A stretch of 63,141 nucleotides of DNA from Nitrospirota bacterium. GTDB taxonomy: Bacteria > Nitrospirota > UBA9217. Below are positions 28,103 to 38,464 of the stretch, one piece after another. The stretch covers positions 1 through 63,141 of the forward strand of contig CAVVUN010000014.1 in NCBI GenBank assembly GCA_963751455.1, read 5' to 3'. Position 1 is the stretch's first letter, and each line of letters starts with the position of its first letter. A model generated the notes under the pieces. It was not told the origin of the DNA, did no database searches, and saw nothing but the letters and a program-made list of their open reading frames with translations. Made by a program: the position numbers and the translations under genes.

Positions 28103-28651
28103 CCCTTGATTCCCCTCGCCCGTTTCTAAGGGAGAGGGTAGGTAAAGGGTCTATGCTTCACCCTTGATTCCCCTCGCCTGTTTCTAAGGGTGAGGGTAGG
28201 TAAAGGGTCTATGCTTCACCCTTGATTCCCCTCGCCCGTTTCTAAGGGAGAGGGTAGGTAAAGGGTCTATGCTTTACCCTTGATTCCCCTCGCCTGTTTC
28301 TAAGGGAGAGGGTAGGTAAACCTGAAAAAAGCAGTTGGACACGGATAAAATCTGATCAACACGGATTTATAGGAAGTTACGAACAGTAATGGATTCACCC
28401 AAAAGGCGAGATGGCTTTTTGCTCTATCACATTGTTTTGATCCGCTGTTTCCGTGTTCATCCGTGTTCAAATGCCGTTTTTAGGGTAAAGGGTCTATGCT
28501 TTACCCTTGATTCCCGTCCTTGATTCCCCTCGCACGTTACTTAGGGCGAGGGTAGAACAATGAGTCTAAGCTTTACTCCTGTTCCAAAGGAGATGGTACA
28601 ATAAAGGGTCTATGCTTCATCCTTGATTCCGCGCGTTTCTTAGGGCGAGGG
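28102..28651 (+). repeat. 58-bp tandem hairpin array (4 near-identical units plus degenerate units)
   Basis: Units start at 28102, 28160, 28218, 28276; unit ACCCTTGATTCCCCTCGCCCGTTTCTAAGGGAGAGGGTAGGTAAAGGGTCTATGCTTC. Confidence 0.95.
28321..28484. mobile_element. 164-bp MITE-like element inserted in the 58-bp array
   Basis: 26-bp imperfect TIRs (21/26 match); GTAAA duplicated at 28316-28320 and 28485-28489. Confidence 0.8.
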
Positions 28652-28717
28652 CAGAATGATTTCTGATTATTCTGAGCCCATGACCTGAGCCTTATAGCTA
28701 TAGAGTGAGGTAGAGAA

Positions 28718-29080
28718 ATGGACATCCTTAAAATAATGTCGATAGTCGTTACTGCCTTAATGGTGTTCACCGTCATTGAACTGATCCGAAGAGGTCGGTT
28801 AAAGGAGCGATATTCGCTCCTTTGGCTTGCATCGGGCACGGTTCTTCTGGTCCTCTCATCTTCAAGAGCACTGCTTGAGTTTATATCCCATAAGCTTGGG
28901 ATATTTTACCCGCCGTCGTTCCTGTTTCTTGTAGGCTTTCTTTTTCTCCTGGTTATCACACTTCATTTTTCGGTCGTGATATCAGGCCTTTCGGAAAAGA
29001 ACAAACGCCTGGCGCAGGAAATGGCGCTTTTGAGACAGGAATTCGAGGAGTTTAAACCGAAAGACGTTAGCCAACACTAG
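28718..29080 (+). CDS. DUF2304-family membrane protein
   Basis: IRRGRLKERYSLLW, LGIFYPPS, RLAQEMALL; usual partner of this GT2 type. Confidence 0.85.
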   Translation: MDILKIMSIVVTALMVFTVIELIRRGRLKERYSLLWLASGTVLLVLSSSRALLEFISHKLGIFYPPSFLFLVGFLFLLVITLHFSVVISGLSEKNKRLAQEMALLRQEFEEFKPKDVSQH

Positions 29081-29161
29081 TGTCCGGGATTCATTGTAAC
29101 GGGCGCTGTTCTTGATACGCCGTTATGAGCGTGATATTCATAATGAGGAGATGAACCGCCA

Positions 29162-30421
29162 ATGGAAAGCCAAAACACATTTATGAACAAGATTATATCC
29201 AGCAAGCATTTCAACGTGATCGCCTGCGGCCTGATGGCGGTCTTGATCCTGATCGCGTATTCCAACACGTTTACGTCGAGCTTCCATTTTGATGACGACC
29301 AGGCAATCAATGAAAATCCGATGATAAAGCATGTGACCGGGGAGAATATCGCGAAGTTATTGAGCGGGGCCCGGCCAGTGGTGTATCTGTCTGCCATGTT
29401 CAATTATCGTCTCGGACAGCTGAACCCCGTAGGTTGGCATATCTTTAATATCGCAGTTCATATGGCGGCCACGATGCTGGTTTATTTTTTTATTCTGCGT
29501 ACCCTTCAGACGCCTTCGCTTCGCAGTCAATATGCAGGGAAAGCGAAATGGATGGCCGTGCTCGGCGCGCTGCTGTTCGGCCTCCATCCCATTCAGACAG
29601 AATCGGTCACCTATATTATAACCAGGTCCGAGCTGCTCGCTACCTGCTTTTACGTTGCTACGTTTCTGCTTTTAATCCAATCTGCGAAAACCGGAAAATT
29701 CTCCTACGGCCTCGCTATCCTGGTTACCTCTTTCCTGGCGGTCGGTTCTAAGGAATGGGCTATAACGCTGCCCGCTTTGCTGCTTCTCTATGATTTCCTG
29801 TTCTTAGCCGACGGGAAGATCAAATCCGTTCTGTCACGCTGGTACGTCTATATATTGTCTGCAATTCCCTGGTGGCTTGTATTAAGCAGACTGAATCTGT
29901 TTGAAAAGCAGGGGAGCAGCAGCGTAGGTTTTGGTGTGCAGACAATAACGGGCATTACCCCGATCACGTATCTCTATACTTCGTTTAACGTGATCTGGAC
30001 GTATATTCGGCTGCTCTTTCTTCCAATCAGCCAGAATATCGACTATGATTACCCAATCGCGCAAAGCTTTCTCGAGTTTCCGACCATCCTTTCTCTGCTC
30101 GGACATCTCGCAATAGTTGCTGCCGCATTCTGGCTCTATCGATCAAAAAAATGGACGATAATACCCTTCGGCGTTGCATGGTTTTATATCGGGCTGTCGC
30201 CTGTCCAGAGTTTTGTACCGGTCACAGATATAATCTTTGAGCACCGTCTGTACATGCCTTCAATAGGGTTCTTCCTCGTGTTCGTTACTGTTTATGATAT
30301 AGTGTTTGGTTCTGTGAAGGAGAAGATTATAGAGCCTGAGAAATCTGTGAAACAGGCCGTACAGAATAAATCACGTAAAAAAAGAATCAAGGGCGGTGTT
30401 TTAGACGGCCGAGTAAATTGA
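29162..30421 (+). CDS. GT-C membrane glycosyltransferase (TMTC-like) without TPR tail
   Basis: FHFDD, HPIQTESV..I..RSELL, SKE, EHRLYMPS; many TM helices. Confidence 0.7.
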   Translation: MESQNTFMNKIISSKHFNVIACGLMAVLILIAYSNTFTSSFHFDDDQAINENPMIKHVTGENIAKLLSGARPVVYLSAMFNYRLGQLNPVGWHIFNIAVHMAATMLVYFFILRTLQTPSLRSQYAGKAKWMAVLGALLFGLHPIQTESVTYIITRSELLATCFYVATFLLLIQSAKTGKFSYGLAILVTSFLAVGSKEWAITLPALLLLYDFLFLADGKIKSVLSRWYVYILSAIPWWLVLSRLNLFEKQGSSSVGFGVQTITGITPITYLYTSFNVIWTYIRLLFLPISQNIDYDYPIAQSFLEFPTILSLLGHLAIVAAAFWLYRSKKWTIIPFGVAWFYIGLSPVQSFVPVTDIIFEHRLYMPSIGFFLVFVTVYDIVFGSVKEKIIEPEKSVKQAVQNKSRKKRIKGGVLDGRVN

Positions 30422-31184
30422 GTAGAAAATAGACAGAAGTGATACCCGCGTAGCTAAGCCGGTGAAGAGCGTTGAGTGCCCTTGATGAAGTATATTTTTT
30501 GGACAGCTCCAGCTCTTTTTTGAAAGTATGCAGAAACGAACTCGAAGTTTTTGAAGTGGGGTAGACCCGGAAACTTGCCAGGTACTCGTTCGCCACCAGA
30601 AGTGGGTGCCTCTTGCCGATCTTTAACCAGTAATCATAGTCCATGACCAGGTGTTCGGTTTTGTCGAAGAGGCCGATCTCTTCAACCACAGAGCGCCGCC
30701 AAAAGGTGGCGGGCTGGCTGATTGGATTGGTCACTAACAGCAGAGAATAACTGTAATGATTGAGCAGGAAGTTTTTATACGCGGTAATCGTGCGGCGAAC
30801 TTCCTGGTCCTGTTCGTCGATAATCCGGCATTTTCCGGTTAGCCACATCGTACAGGGATGGGATGCGAAGTATTTGCCGACCTGCAGGAGCGCCCCCGGT
30901 TCGAGCAGATCATCGGAGTTTAAATATCCGACGATATCACCGGCCGCCATCTTTAGCCCTTTATTTATGGCGTCCGCCTGTCCCTCGTCCTTCTCAGAAG
31001 TCCACTTCAGGCTCCCGCCGTATTGCTTCAGGATTTCCACGGTTTCATCATTCGATCCTCCATCCATAACGATGTATTCCAATGAGGGATAATTCTGGCT
31101 CAAAACGCTCTGGATCGTACGGTCAATAAAACGACCCTGATTAAATGAAGGAGTGATCAGAGATATGGTGGGAAGGGTCGACAT
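30387..31184 (-). CDS. GT2 glycosyltransferase (WcaE-like)
   Basis: TPSFNQG, MDGGSND, GQADAINKG, LNSDD, QPATFWR, MDYDYW. Confidence 0.88.
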   Translation of the reverse strand: MSTLPTISLITPSFNQGRFIDRTIQSVLSQNYPSLEYIVMDGGSNDETVEILKQYGGSLKWTSEKDEGQADAINKGLKMAAGDIVGYLNSDDLLEPGALLQVGKYFASHPCTMWLTGKCRIIDEQDQEVRRTITAYKNFLLNHYSYSLLLVTNPISQPATFWRRSVVEEIGLFDKTEHLVMDYDYWLKIGKRHPLLVANEYLASFRVYPTSKTSSSFLHTFKKELELSKKYTSSRALNALHRLSYAGITSVYFLLNLLGRLKHRP

Positions 31185-31196
31185 GTCTATACCAGT

Positions 31197-32441
31197 TTAC
31201 TCATTACGAAAGCCCGTTTTTAGAATTTCCGCTTGATGATCCATGATAATTTTCACAGCATTATAGACTGCGTCGACCGGGACATCGGTAACACACGGAA
31301 CTGACTGTTCGCCTTCAATTTTATAGATGCAGCGCCAATTGCATCCATAGCAGTCCATCCTGGAATAGACCGGGATAGGGCGAGGCCTTCTCGTTTCTGT
31401 TTCGACCTCGTACGGCAGGAAACGTCCGAAATGGCCTCCCCCGATGATGCAGACGGCGGGAATTGAGACCGCTGCGGCAAGGTGAACCGCGCTCGTTTCG
31501 TTTCCAATAAGAAAATGGGCGCCCGCAATAAGCGAGGCGAGTTCTGCGAGACTTGTTCTGCCGGTCCAGTCCTCCAGAGGCGCACTGCTCAGTTCCTTAA
31601 GCAAACGGCCGAACCGTTGCTCGGCCGGACCCCCGCAGATTATTCCCTGATAACCGGTTTGAGAATATATGCGCGATGCAAGTTCCGCAAAGCTCTTCAA
31701 AGGCCACTGGCGATTTACCCATCCCGCACCAGGGAATATCACGTAATATGGTTTATCCATTGTCGTGCAGTGAACGGCGGCAGGTTTGTAAACAGGTATC
31801 TCCGCCCTGAACTCTTTATGGCCGAGACCGCGGAGAAATTCAGCATTACGGATCAGTTCCATCATCCGACCGGGCGCCGAAGAAATAAATCGGGTATATG
31901 CCTGGTCTGAGATTTTTTTCTGCCACGGACGCTGGATCGAAAGGTCCCCTTGCGCTGCAATTCTTAAAGGAGCCCCGCTCAGGCGGGCAACGGGGGGGCT
32001 GAACTGGAATTCGCGGGAAAAGGCGGGGTCAATGACCGTGTCGAAGCCCTCGCGCCGGATGCCGAGAAGTTTTTGCATCCGGTAGAAAGGATTGAGGATG
32101 AATTTCATTCTGTGAATCGGGAGGACCCGGTCGAAATAGGGAAATGCCTCTGCAAGACTTGACCAGGAACAATTCGCGAGCAATGCTATCTCGGTGGTTT
32201 CCCGGGGGTAAAGTTCCCTCAGTCCGCGTGCGAAATCCAGCCAGAGGATGAAATCGCCGATAGCGTCCAGTTTAATGACGAGAAGCCGTGTCTTCACTTT
32301 CGCCGTTGTCCTCGCTCGCCGTCGAGGAAAAAGGAGGAGAAGAGAGTCGAACGTAAAAAGAAAGAGGCTGTGAAGGACGACAATTATCTCTATCAGCCAC
32401 GCGGGGAGCCTGTATTTAAATTCGAGATCTTTGAGATTCAT
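31197..32441 (-). CDS. GT9 (heptosyltransferase-like) glycosyltransferase
   Basis: KLDAIGDF, PGAG..RQWP, GRTSL, GNETSAVHLAAA. Confidence 0.82.
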   Translation of the reverse strand: MNLKDLEFKYRLPAWLIEIIVVLHSLFLFTFDSLLLLFPRRRARTTAKVKTRLLVIKLDAIGDFILWLDFARGLRELYPRETTEIALLANCSWSSLAEAFPYFDRVLPIHRMKFILNPFYRMQKLLGIRREGFDTVIDPAFSREFQFSPPVARLSGAPLRIAAQGDLSIQRPWQKKISDQAYTRFISSAPGRMMELIRNAEFLRGLGHKEFRAEIPVYKPAAVHCTTMDKPYYVIFPGAGWVNRQWPLKSFAELASRIYSQTGYQGIICGGPAEQRFGRLLKELSSAPLEDWTGRTSLAELASLIAGAHFLIGNETSAVHLAAAVSIPAVCIIGGGHFGRFLPYEVETETRRPRPIPVYSRMDCYGCNWRCIYKIEGEQSVPCVTDVPVDAVYNAVKIIMDHQAEILKTGFRNE

Positions 32442-32526
32442 AAAAGGGTTTTTATTGCCAATATTCTTTCTCTATGTGAGCTTTACGTTTTATCACGGCT
32501 AAGAGTCCTGATCTAGTCGTTGCAAC

Positions 32527-33477
32527 TTATCCGAAATATTTTAAATAAACAAGATATATCTTCATGAAAAAGAAATACACAATATCGCGAAAATAGCGAT
32601 GATCCGCCTCGTACGCGGGGATTATCGTTTCTGGATGCCTCAAGGGAACCGTTATTATCTTTTTCGGATTTGCTGTTAACTTTTTATAAAGTCGTTTGAC
32701 GGCCAGTTTCTTCAAGAATGAAAAATGATCGTATGCAGTATGGGTGCCGGAGGTAAAACCGATATTTTCAACGAGGTTTACATTAGGAATGATGCAGAGA
32801 CCGTTATTCTTTAAGATCGTATACGATAATTGGTGATCCCATGTGTTCAGCTTGTTCCGAAATACGCGGTCAAACATAACCGAGTAGTACTTCCGCATAT
32901 CCCGATACCGGAAAACTTTTTCAAAGCCGCTTCGATCAAGAAAATCCGGATAATCCTTCATATCAGGGTCATAAAGCGCCCAGACACGCCTCCAGCTTGC
33001 CCATCCCCAGATGTGGCAGATTTGTGAAAAATAATAACTATCGGAACCTATTGCTGTCCCAAATTGAGAATTGTGTCCCGCGATATGCATGACCCGCTCG
33101 TCATGCCGGTATCTTTCGAGAAGTTCCAAGCAATAAGGAAAGAAGCTTTCATCGGGAAGGCAATCGTCCTCGAGGATGATTCCTTCCTCTACATTCTCAA
33201 AAAACCAGGAGATCGCTGAGGAGACAGCTGAGCGGCATCCGAGATTCTTTTCACGAAACAGCGTATGCAGTTCGCACTCCCAATCGATCCGTTTAACGAT
33301 TGCACGCGTCTTTTCGCACTGTTCGGCTTCCCCTGCCTTCGTCAGCCGGGGCCCGTCGGCCGAGACAAAAAGCCTTTTGGGTCTTGCTTTCCGAATGGTT
33401 TCAAAAACCGCCTCAGTGGTATCCGGGCGGTTAAAGATTAAAAATAAGACAGAAAAATCAGTCGACGTTTTTTTCAT
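32527..33477 (-). CDS. GT-A fold nucleotide-diphospho-sugar transferase
   Basis: FNRPD, ADGPR, NLGC, IILEDDC, WGWASWRR, NIGF. Confidence 0.78.
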   Translation of the reverse strand: MKKTSTDFSVLFLIFNRPDTTEAVFETIRKARPKRLFVSADGPRLTKAGEAEQCEKTRAIVKRIDWECELHTLFREKNLGCRSAVSSAISWFFENVEEGIILEDDCLPDESFFPYCLELLERYRHDERVMHIAGHNSQFGTAIGSDSYYFSQICHIWGWASWRRVWALYDPDMKDYPDFLDRSGFEKVFRYRDMRKYYSVMFDRVFRNKLNTWDHQLSYTILKNNGLCIIPNVNLVENIGFTSGTHTAYDHFSFLKKLAVKRLYKKLTANPKKIITVPLRHPETIIPAYEADHRYFRDIVYFFFMKIYLVYLKYFG

Positions 33478-33518
33478 AAGTCTCACTGTTTGGATTCAAG
33501 GCAGCAGCATGTGTCCCT

Positions 33519-34355
33519 TCAAGTCTTCTTCCCGGTTAAGAGTTTACAGCCGTATGAAGCACTGAGTGAGGCTATCCGAAACCAGCAATGGAATTTCCAA
33601 CGCCAAGGACAGGCAAGTGCCACGAATATTGAGAGAGTGATCGGATTTATTGCCGATCGTTTGGAAAAAACGTTTTTCAGACCGCGCAGCAGTGGGCCGT
33701 TCTCTACGGTGTTGTATCCCGTTGTCGATTCGTCAAGCCGTACTTTTACCGAGGGTTCGCTTACAAGCGCCATCCCTTTGCGGCCCGCCCTGATCGTAAA
33801 TTCGTAATCAGAAAGATAATGGGGAAGCAAAAAAGGATGAAAGCCTCCAACAGCACGGAAATCGCCAATCCGGAAGAATAGCCCGCGAGTAGATATGCAA
33901 TTGACCGGTTTGCCAGTGGAAGCCTGGTCGAACGAAAATCGTTCCCAATCCACGTGAACCCCGGCGTCGAGCAGTTGTCCACTCTGCCGGCTATAGCACT
34001 GCGACAGCAGAAACGTCCTGGGCCTGTTCCGAAGCGTTATCAGCGCTTTTTCCAGGAAGTCCTGCTCAAACTCAGTATCGTCATTGATGATTAAAACGAT
34101 GTCTGTGGAAGCGGCGTTACACGCGAGCAGCCATTTATATCCTTCATGAAGCGCCCCTCCCCACCACCAGTTGCCGTTGCCTCTTATGACCGTCAAGGAG
34201 CGAATCTGCTGCTGAACCATCTCAGCCGTCCCATCGGTCGACCCATCGTCAATCAACACCAATTGATAGTCTCGATACGTCTGTTGCTCAAGGCAGTGGA
34301 TAAAACGCCGGGTAATTTCCCGACGGTTATGAACAGGGACCAGGATGTAAATCAT
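33519..34355 (-). CDS. GT2 glycosyltransferase
   Basis: PVHNRR, DDGSTDGT, GNGNWWWGG, NDDT, HYLSDY. Confidence 0.85.
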   Translation of the reverse strand: MIYILVPVHNRREITRRFIHCLEQQTYRDYQLVLIDDGSTDGTAEMVQQQIRSLTVIRGNGNWWWGGALHEGYKWLLACNAASTDIVLIINDDTEFEQDFLEKALITLRNRPRTFLLSQCYSRQSGQLLDAGVHVDWERFSFDQASTGKPVNCISTRGLFFRIGDFRAVGGFHPFLLPHYLSDYEFTIRAGRKGMALVSEPSVKVRLDESTTGYNTVENGPLLRGLKNVFSKRSAINPITLSIFVALACPWRWKFHCWFRIASLSASYGCKLLTGKKT

Positions 34356-34388
34356 TTAGTTTATGTATTTTTCACGAGAACTACCGCC

Positions 34389-35363
34389 CTAAATTGAGCC
34401 GACTCCATGAAGCTCTGCCGTCATCATCTGCTGAACCACTTCCGTCATGCTGTATTTTGCCACCCACCCCAGCCGCTCGGCCGCTTTTGTCGGGTCAGCA
34501 TTGCCCTCGGTCAAATCAGCTGGCCTCAGTAAATTCGGATCGACCTCCACGTACTTTTCCCAGTCCAGGTCCACTGCGGCAAACGCAGTGCGTACAAAAT
34601 CCTTAAGACTGTAACTACGTCCGGTCGCGATCACATAATCATCAGGTGAATTTTGCTGTAACATTTTCCACATCGCTTCCACGTATTCGGGCGCCCAGCC
34701 CCAATCCCTTACCACGTTCAAATTCCCAAGGTAAAGTTTTTTCTTAACACCCGTCGATATTTGATGAGCGGTCATTATTATTTTTCGTGTCACATATCGC
34801 TCGGGCCTTAAGGGGGACTCATGGTTAAATAAAACTCCTGTACATGCATAGAGCTTATAGGCCATCCTGTAGTTAGCCACCTGCCAGTGTGCGGCTGCTT
34901 TTGCTACCGCATAGGGGCTGCAAGGGCGGAAAGGGGTTTCTTCGTTTGCGGGATGTCCCCCCGTATTGCCGAAACACTCGCTCGAACCTGCGTTGTAAAG
35001 GCGAATACCTTTTGCACGAAAACGGACCGCCTCCAGCAGGTTCAGGGTTGCGAGACTGATGCTTTCCATTGTTTCGACCGGCTGCTCAAAAGACAATGCC
35101 ACGGAGCTTTGTCCAGACAGATTATATACTTCGTCCGGCTCAACCTTGTATAGCGTCTGTAGAACGCTCCTGAAGTCATTTGTTGCCATAGAAAGGGTTT
35201 GCACCCGTTCTCGAATTCTTAGCGCATGTAGATTGGCAAAAGTGGCGGCTTGCGCATCGCGCGAGGTGCCGAACACCTTATATCCCTTATCCAGAAGGAA
35301 CTTCGCGAGATAGGAACCGTCCTGACCAGTCACACCGCAAATTAACGCTTGTTTCGCTGCCAT
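34389..35363 (-). CDS. gmd: GDP-mannose 4,6-dehydratase
   Basis: GVTGQDGSYL, QSSV..SF, GSSECFG, SPYAVAK, FNHESPLR, RDWG. Confidence 0.88.
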   Translation of the reverse strand: MAAKQALICGVTGQDGSYLAKFLLDKGYKVFGTSRDAQAATFANLHALRIRERVQTLSMATNDFRSVLQTLYKVEPDEVYNLSGQSSVALSFEQPVETMESISLATLNLLEAVRFRAKGIRLYNAGSSECFGNTGGHPANEETPFRPCSPYAVAKAAAHWQVANYRMAYKLYACTGVLFNHESPLRPERYVTRKIIMTAHQISTGVKKKLYLGNLNVVRDWGWAPEYVEAMWKMLQQNSPDDYVIATGRSYSLKDFVRTAFAAVDLDWEKYVEVDPNLLRPADLTEGNADPTKAAERLGWVAKYSMTEVVQQMMTAELHGVGSI

Positions 35364-36476
35364 TCAACCCTCCAAAACCTTGTGATATACAGCAAGTGTA
35401 TCTGCGGCGCATTTATCCCAGGAAAAAAGATTCGCTCGCGTCCTGCCTCGGTCGACCAACCTGGCTGCATAGTGCGGCGTGGAAACCACGCGTTCCACGG
35501 CAGCCCGCATTGAGGATTCGTCGTAAGGGTCGAACATTTCCGCGGCGTCGCCCACAACCTCAGGGATTGAACTGGTATTGGAGCATACCACTGGACAGCC
35601 GAGTGACATCGCCTCGAGAAGGGGAATGCCAAACCCCTCATACAGAGATGGACAAACGAACGCCGAAGCAGAAACGTACAGATTGATCAATACCTCGTCC
35701 GTGCCGGATACATGCCTTACGCTGTCTCTCGAAACATCCAAGGACTGCATCAATGCCAATTCCTTTGCAGAAAACCTGCTGTCTCCAAAGCAGACCAGAG
35801 CAAAATTGTTTTTTAAATGAGCAGAACCTGCATAGGCTCGAAGAAGCCGCTCAAAATTCTTATAACCACGTCTCGCACCGACAAAGAGGATATAGGACTT
35901 TTGGTCTCCCGCGGGAGTGTTATTATTCACAAGAGCTGTAGACGACAATGAGCTGCTGAGATAAACCACGGAAATCTTTTTCTCGGGTACCGCAAATAAA
36001 TCGATTAAATCACGCTTCGTATTCTCCGAAATGCAGATAACGTGATCCGCCCGCCCAATCGAATGAGTTTTCGTCTTGCGGACTTCAGCTGCATCGGGAA
36101 AGTAATCGACGAATTTTTCGTGAATCATGTCGTAGACGGTAATTATCCGCTTAGCAGTAACGGGGCAACAATCAGCCGCGGAATAGGACGTTTCATGAAA
36201 AATATCGATATCGTGCCGTGGTTTTATCATAAGGCGTGATAAGGAACGGTTCAAAGGAATAGTGATTCTCTCAAAACCGGGGAAAAAACCGGTCTTGATT
36301 CCCCGAGGACGAATTCTGCAGTCATTGCGAAAGAACTCATTCACATAAAGGGGGGCAAAGATCCCCACTTCGTTTTCCGGCAGAGCAGCAATACGATTGG
36401 CAATTTCATAAAAGTAACGCGAAATGCCTCCGTATTGCTGCCAACTAAAGATCTGATGGTCGAATACTATTTTCAT
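35364..36476 (-). CDS. GT4 glycosyltransferase
   Basis: [34 protein letters not shown]. Confidence 0.88.
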   Translation of the reverse strand: MKIVFDHQIFSWQQYGGISRYFYEIANRIAALPENEVGIFAPLYVNEFFRNDCRIRPRGIKTGFFPGFERITIPLNRSLSRLMIKPRHDIDIFHETSYSAADCCPVTAKRIITVYDMIHEKFVDYFPDAAEVRKTKTHSIGRADHVICISENTKRDLIDLFAVPEKKISVVYLSSSLSSTALVNNNTPAGDQKSYILFVGARRGYKNFERLLRAYAGSAHLKNNFALVCFGDSRFSAKELALMQSLDVSRDSVRHVSGTDEVLINLYVSASAFVCPSLYEGFGIPLLEAMSLGCPVVCSNTSSIPEVVGDAAEMFDPYDESSMRAAVERVVSTPHYAARLVDRGRTRANLFSWDKCAADTLAVYHKVLEG

Positions 36477-37374
36477 GAGTTTTTGCCTGATACCTGCCGA
36501 ACCGGGCGGCAAAAAAATCCTTCAAGCCGCGGATCGCCCATGTTGCACCGATGGCATCAACGTGGCCGATCATCTTCCGTAGAATAAAATGATACGTTAA
36601 CACAATCAAGGTGAAGGGCAAATAAAACGGCCTGTTTCTCCTGACATACTGAAGCGAATTTCTCACGACGTAATAGTTTAGAAAAGGATTGCCTTCTCCG
36701 TGTATGCTTGAGACCTTGTGCCATACCTTGGATCCGGCAGCCCAGACGACCCTCCACCCGGCGTCTTTTATCCGTATATTCCAATCCGCATCCTCAAAAT
36801 AATGAAAAAATTCTTCGCTCATGAACCCGACTTGCCGGATGGTTGAACTCCTGATCAGTAAACTGCAGCCGGTAATAAAATCGACATCCCTGGTTTTTTG
36901 ACACAATTGCGGATCTTTGAGATTGGTATCTGTGTGGTAAACCAGTTTGGTAAACTTCGTAATTCGGCCTCCCGCGAACCAGAGGACGTCCGGCTTATCA
37001 AAATAATAAATTTTCGAGCCGACAATTCCTATCTTCTCATCGGTCTCGGCCACCGTTACGAGCTGGCCGAGAGCTTCCTGGTCAACGACGGTGTCATTAT
37101 TCAACAACCAGATATATTCCGCGCCTCGCTCAAGTGCATGACGTATTCCTGCATTATTACCGCCTGCAAAACCAAGATTTTCTCCGGTCTGAATGAATTC
37201 GACAGAGGGGAAGCGCGGTCGAAGTACCATTTCGGAGCCGTCTGTTGAACCGTTGTCGACAATAAGAATGCGAACATCGGGATATTTCAGCTTCAAACAT
37301 GATTCGACACATTCAACCGTATCTTTCCACCCGTTCCAATTCAGGATAATCAGGTACACTAATTTATTTTTCAT
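36445..37374 (-). CDS. GT2 glycosyltransferase (rhamnosyltransferase-like)
   Basis: LNWNG, DNGSTD, NLGFAGGNN, LNND, YFEDAD. Confidence 0.85.
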   Translation of the reverse strand: MKNKLVYLIILNWNGWKDTVECVESCLKLKYPDVRILIVDNGSTDGSEMVLRPRFPSVEFIQTGENLGFAGGNNAGIRHALERGAEYIWLLNNDTVVDQEALGQLVTVAETDEKIGIVGSKIYYFDKPDVLWFAGGRITKFTKLVYHTDTNLKDPQLCQKTRDVDFITGCSLLIRSSTIRQVGFMSEEFFHYFEDADWNIRIKDAGWRVVWAAGSKVWHKVSSIHGEGNPFLNYYVVRNSLQYVRRNRPFYLPFTLIVLTYHFILRKMIGHVDAIGATWAIRGLKDFFAARFGRYQAKTHENSIRPSDL

Positions 37375-37419
37375 ATGCGCGTCGGATGCGTGCTTATCTT
37401 AATGTGAAATTATAAAACA

Positions 37420-38427
37420 TTACTGTTTACTCCTGGGAGGGATCGCTGATAGAAATTCTTGCATCAGCAATTTATGATCTTCTTTTATAGAAGAATAACG
37501 GAAAATGAAGCTCTTGTTGACCAACCAAAACGGAACCAATGCAATCAATAAGGCCCCGAATTTCCAGAACAGATTAACGTGCTCCTTCAACAAATATTTA
37601 CGAAATTGAAAAAAGGAATACACTCCCATTGCTCTTCTGATTGCCAGCACATATAAATTTTTCCAGGGTTCTTTCGGAGTGATCGCCTGCTTTTCCTGCG
37701 CGTTGATACCATTGAAAGACCAGATAAGCCGAGGCCACTTGTACATCCATATTTCGAAATTTCTGGTGCTCCATTGCGCATTACCATATCGAATGGAAAT
37801 ATACGGATTTGCTATTAAGATCGCCCTGGCGGGAAGGGATGTTTGGAAGATGACCCCTTGATGTACGAACTCTGATCCGAAATAGCTTGACTTTTCACGC
37901 TGCATCCAAAGGTCGCGGCGAATGACAACACCGCCGATGAATGACAAATAACTTGCAGTGTCGGCAAACAGTTTTTCAAATTCACTGTTTTCATATAAAG
38001 TATCCTTATCAGCTTTTATCCTGCGATCTTCAATCATTTCTGTGAAATAAGAATTCCAGACTTCGGCATTTACGATTATCAGGGAAACATCGTTGCCGAT
38101 TTTACCGAGTACCGCGCTCACCGCTCCCGGTTTAAGCAGATCATCATCGGTGAACAACCAGCAATATTGGCCTCGTGCCGTTTCTACGGCTTTACAGTAA
38201 TCCTGATCGACCCCTCCTTTTTGGGGAAGGCGCATGTAGCGTATTCTTGGATCAGCCGTCGCGTATTTATGTAAAATGCTCTCCGTGTTGTCAGTAGATG
38301 CCCCATCCGCAATCACCAATTCGGTATCGTGAGTGAGTTGCGGAATAATGCTCTCAAGCGTTTGAGAAATGAAACGGGCCCGATTGTACGTTGCTATGCA
38401 TATTGACAAGAGTGGTTGTTTTTTCAT
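37420..38427 (-). CDS. GT2 glycosyltransferase (side-branch deoxysugar transferase-like)
   Basis: LSICIATYNR, DGASTD, TDDD, LSFIGG. Confidence 0.8.
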   Translation of the reverse strand: MKKQPLLSICIATYNRARFISQTLESIIPQLTHDTELVIADGASTDNTESILHKYATADPRIRYMRLPQKGGVDQDYCKAVETARGQYCWLFTDDDLLKPGAVSAVLGKIGNDVSLIIVNAEVWNSYFTEMIEDRRIKADKDTLYENSEFEKLFADTASYLSFIGGVVIRRDLWMQREKSSYFGSEFVHQGVIFQTSLPARAILIANPYISIRYGNAQWSTRNFEIWMYKWPRLIWSFNGINAQEKQAITPKEPWKNLYVLAIRRAMGVYSFFQFRKYLLKEHVNLFWKFGALLIALVPFWLVNKSFIFRYSSIKEDHKLLMQEFLSAIPPRSKQ

Positions 38428-38464
38428 GTTTTTGTAAGCGAAAACTGCGATAGATGCCGGCAGA

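Noticed and set aside
28102-28651. CRISPR array
   Set aside because: Whole 58-bp units repeat with no unique spacers, and there are no cas genes in the window
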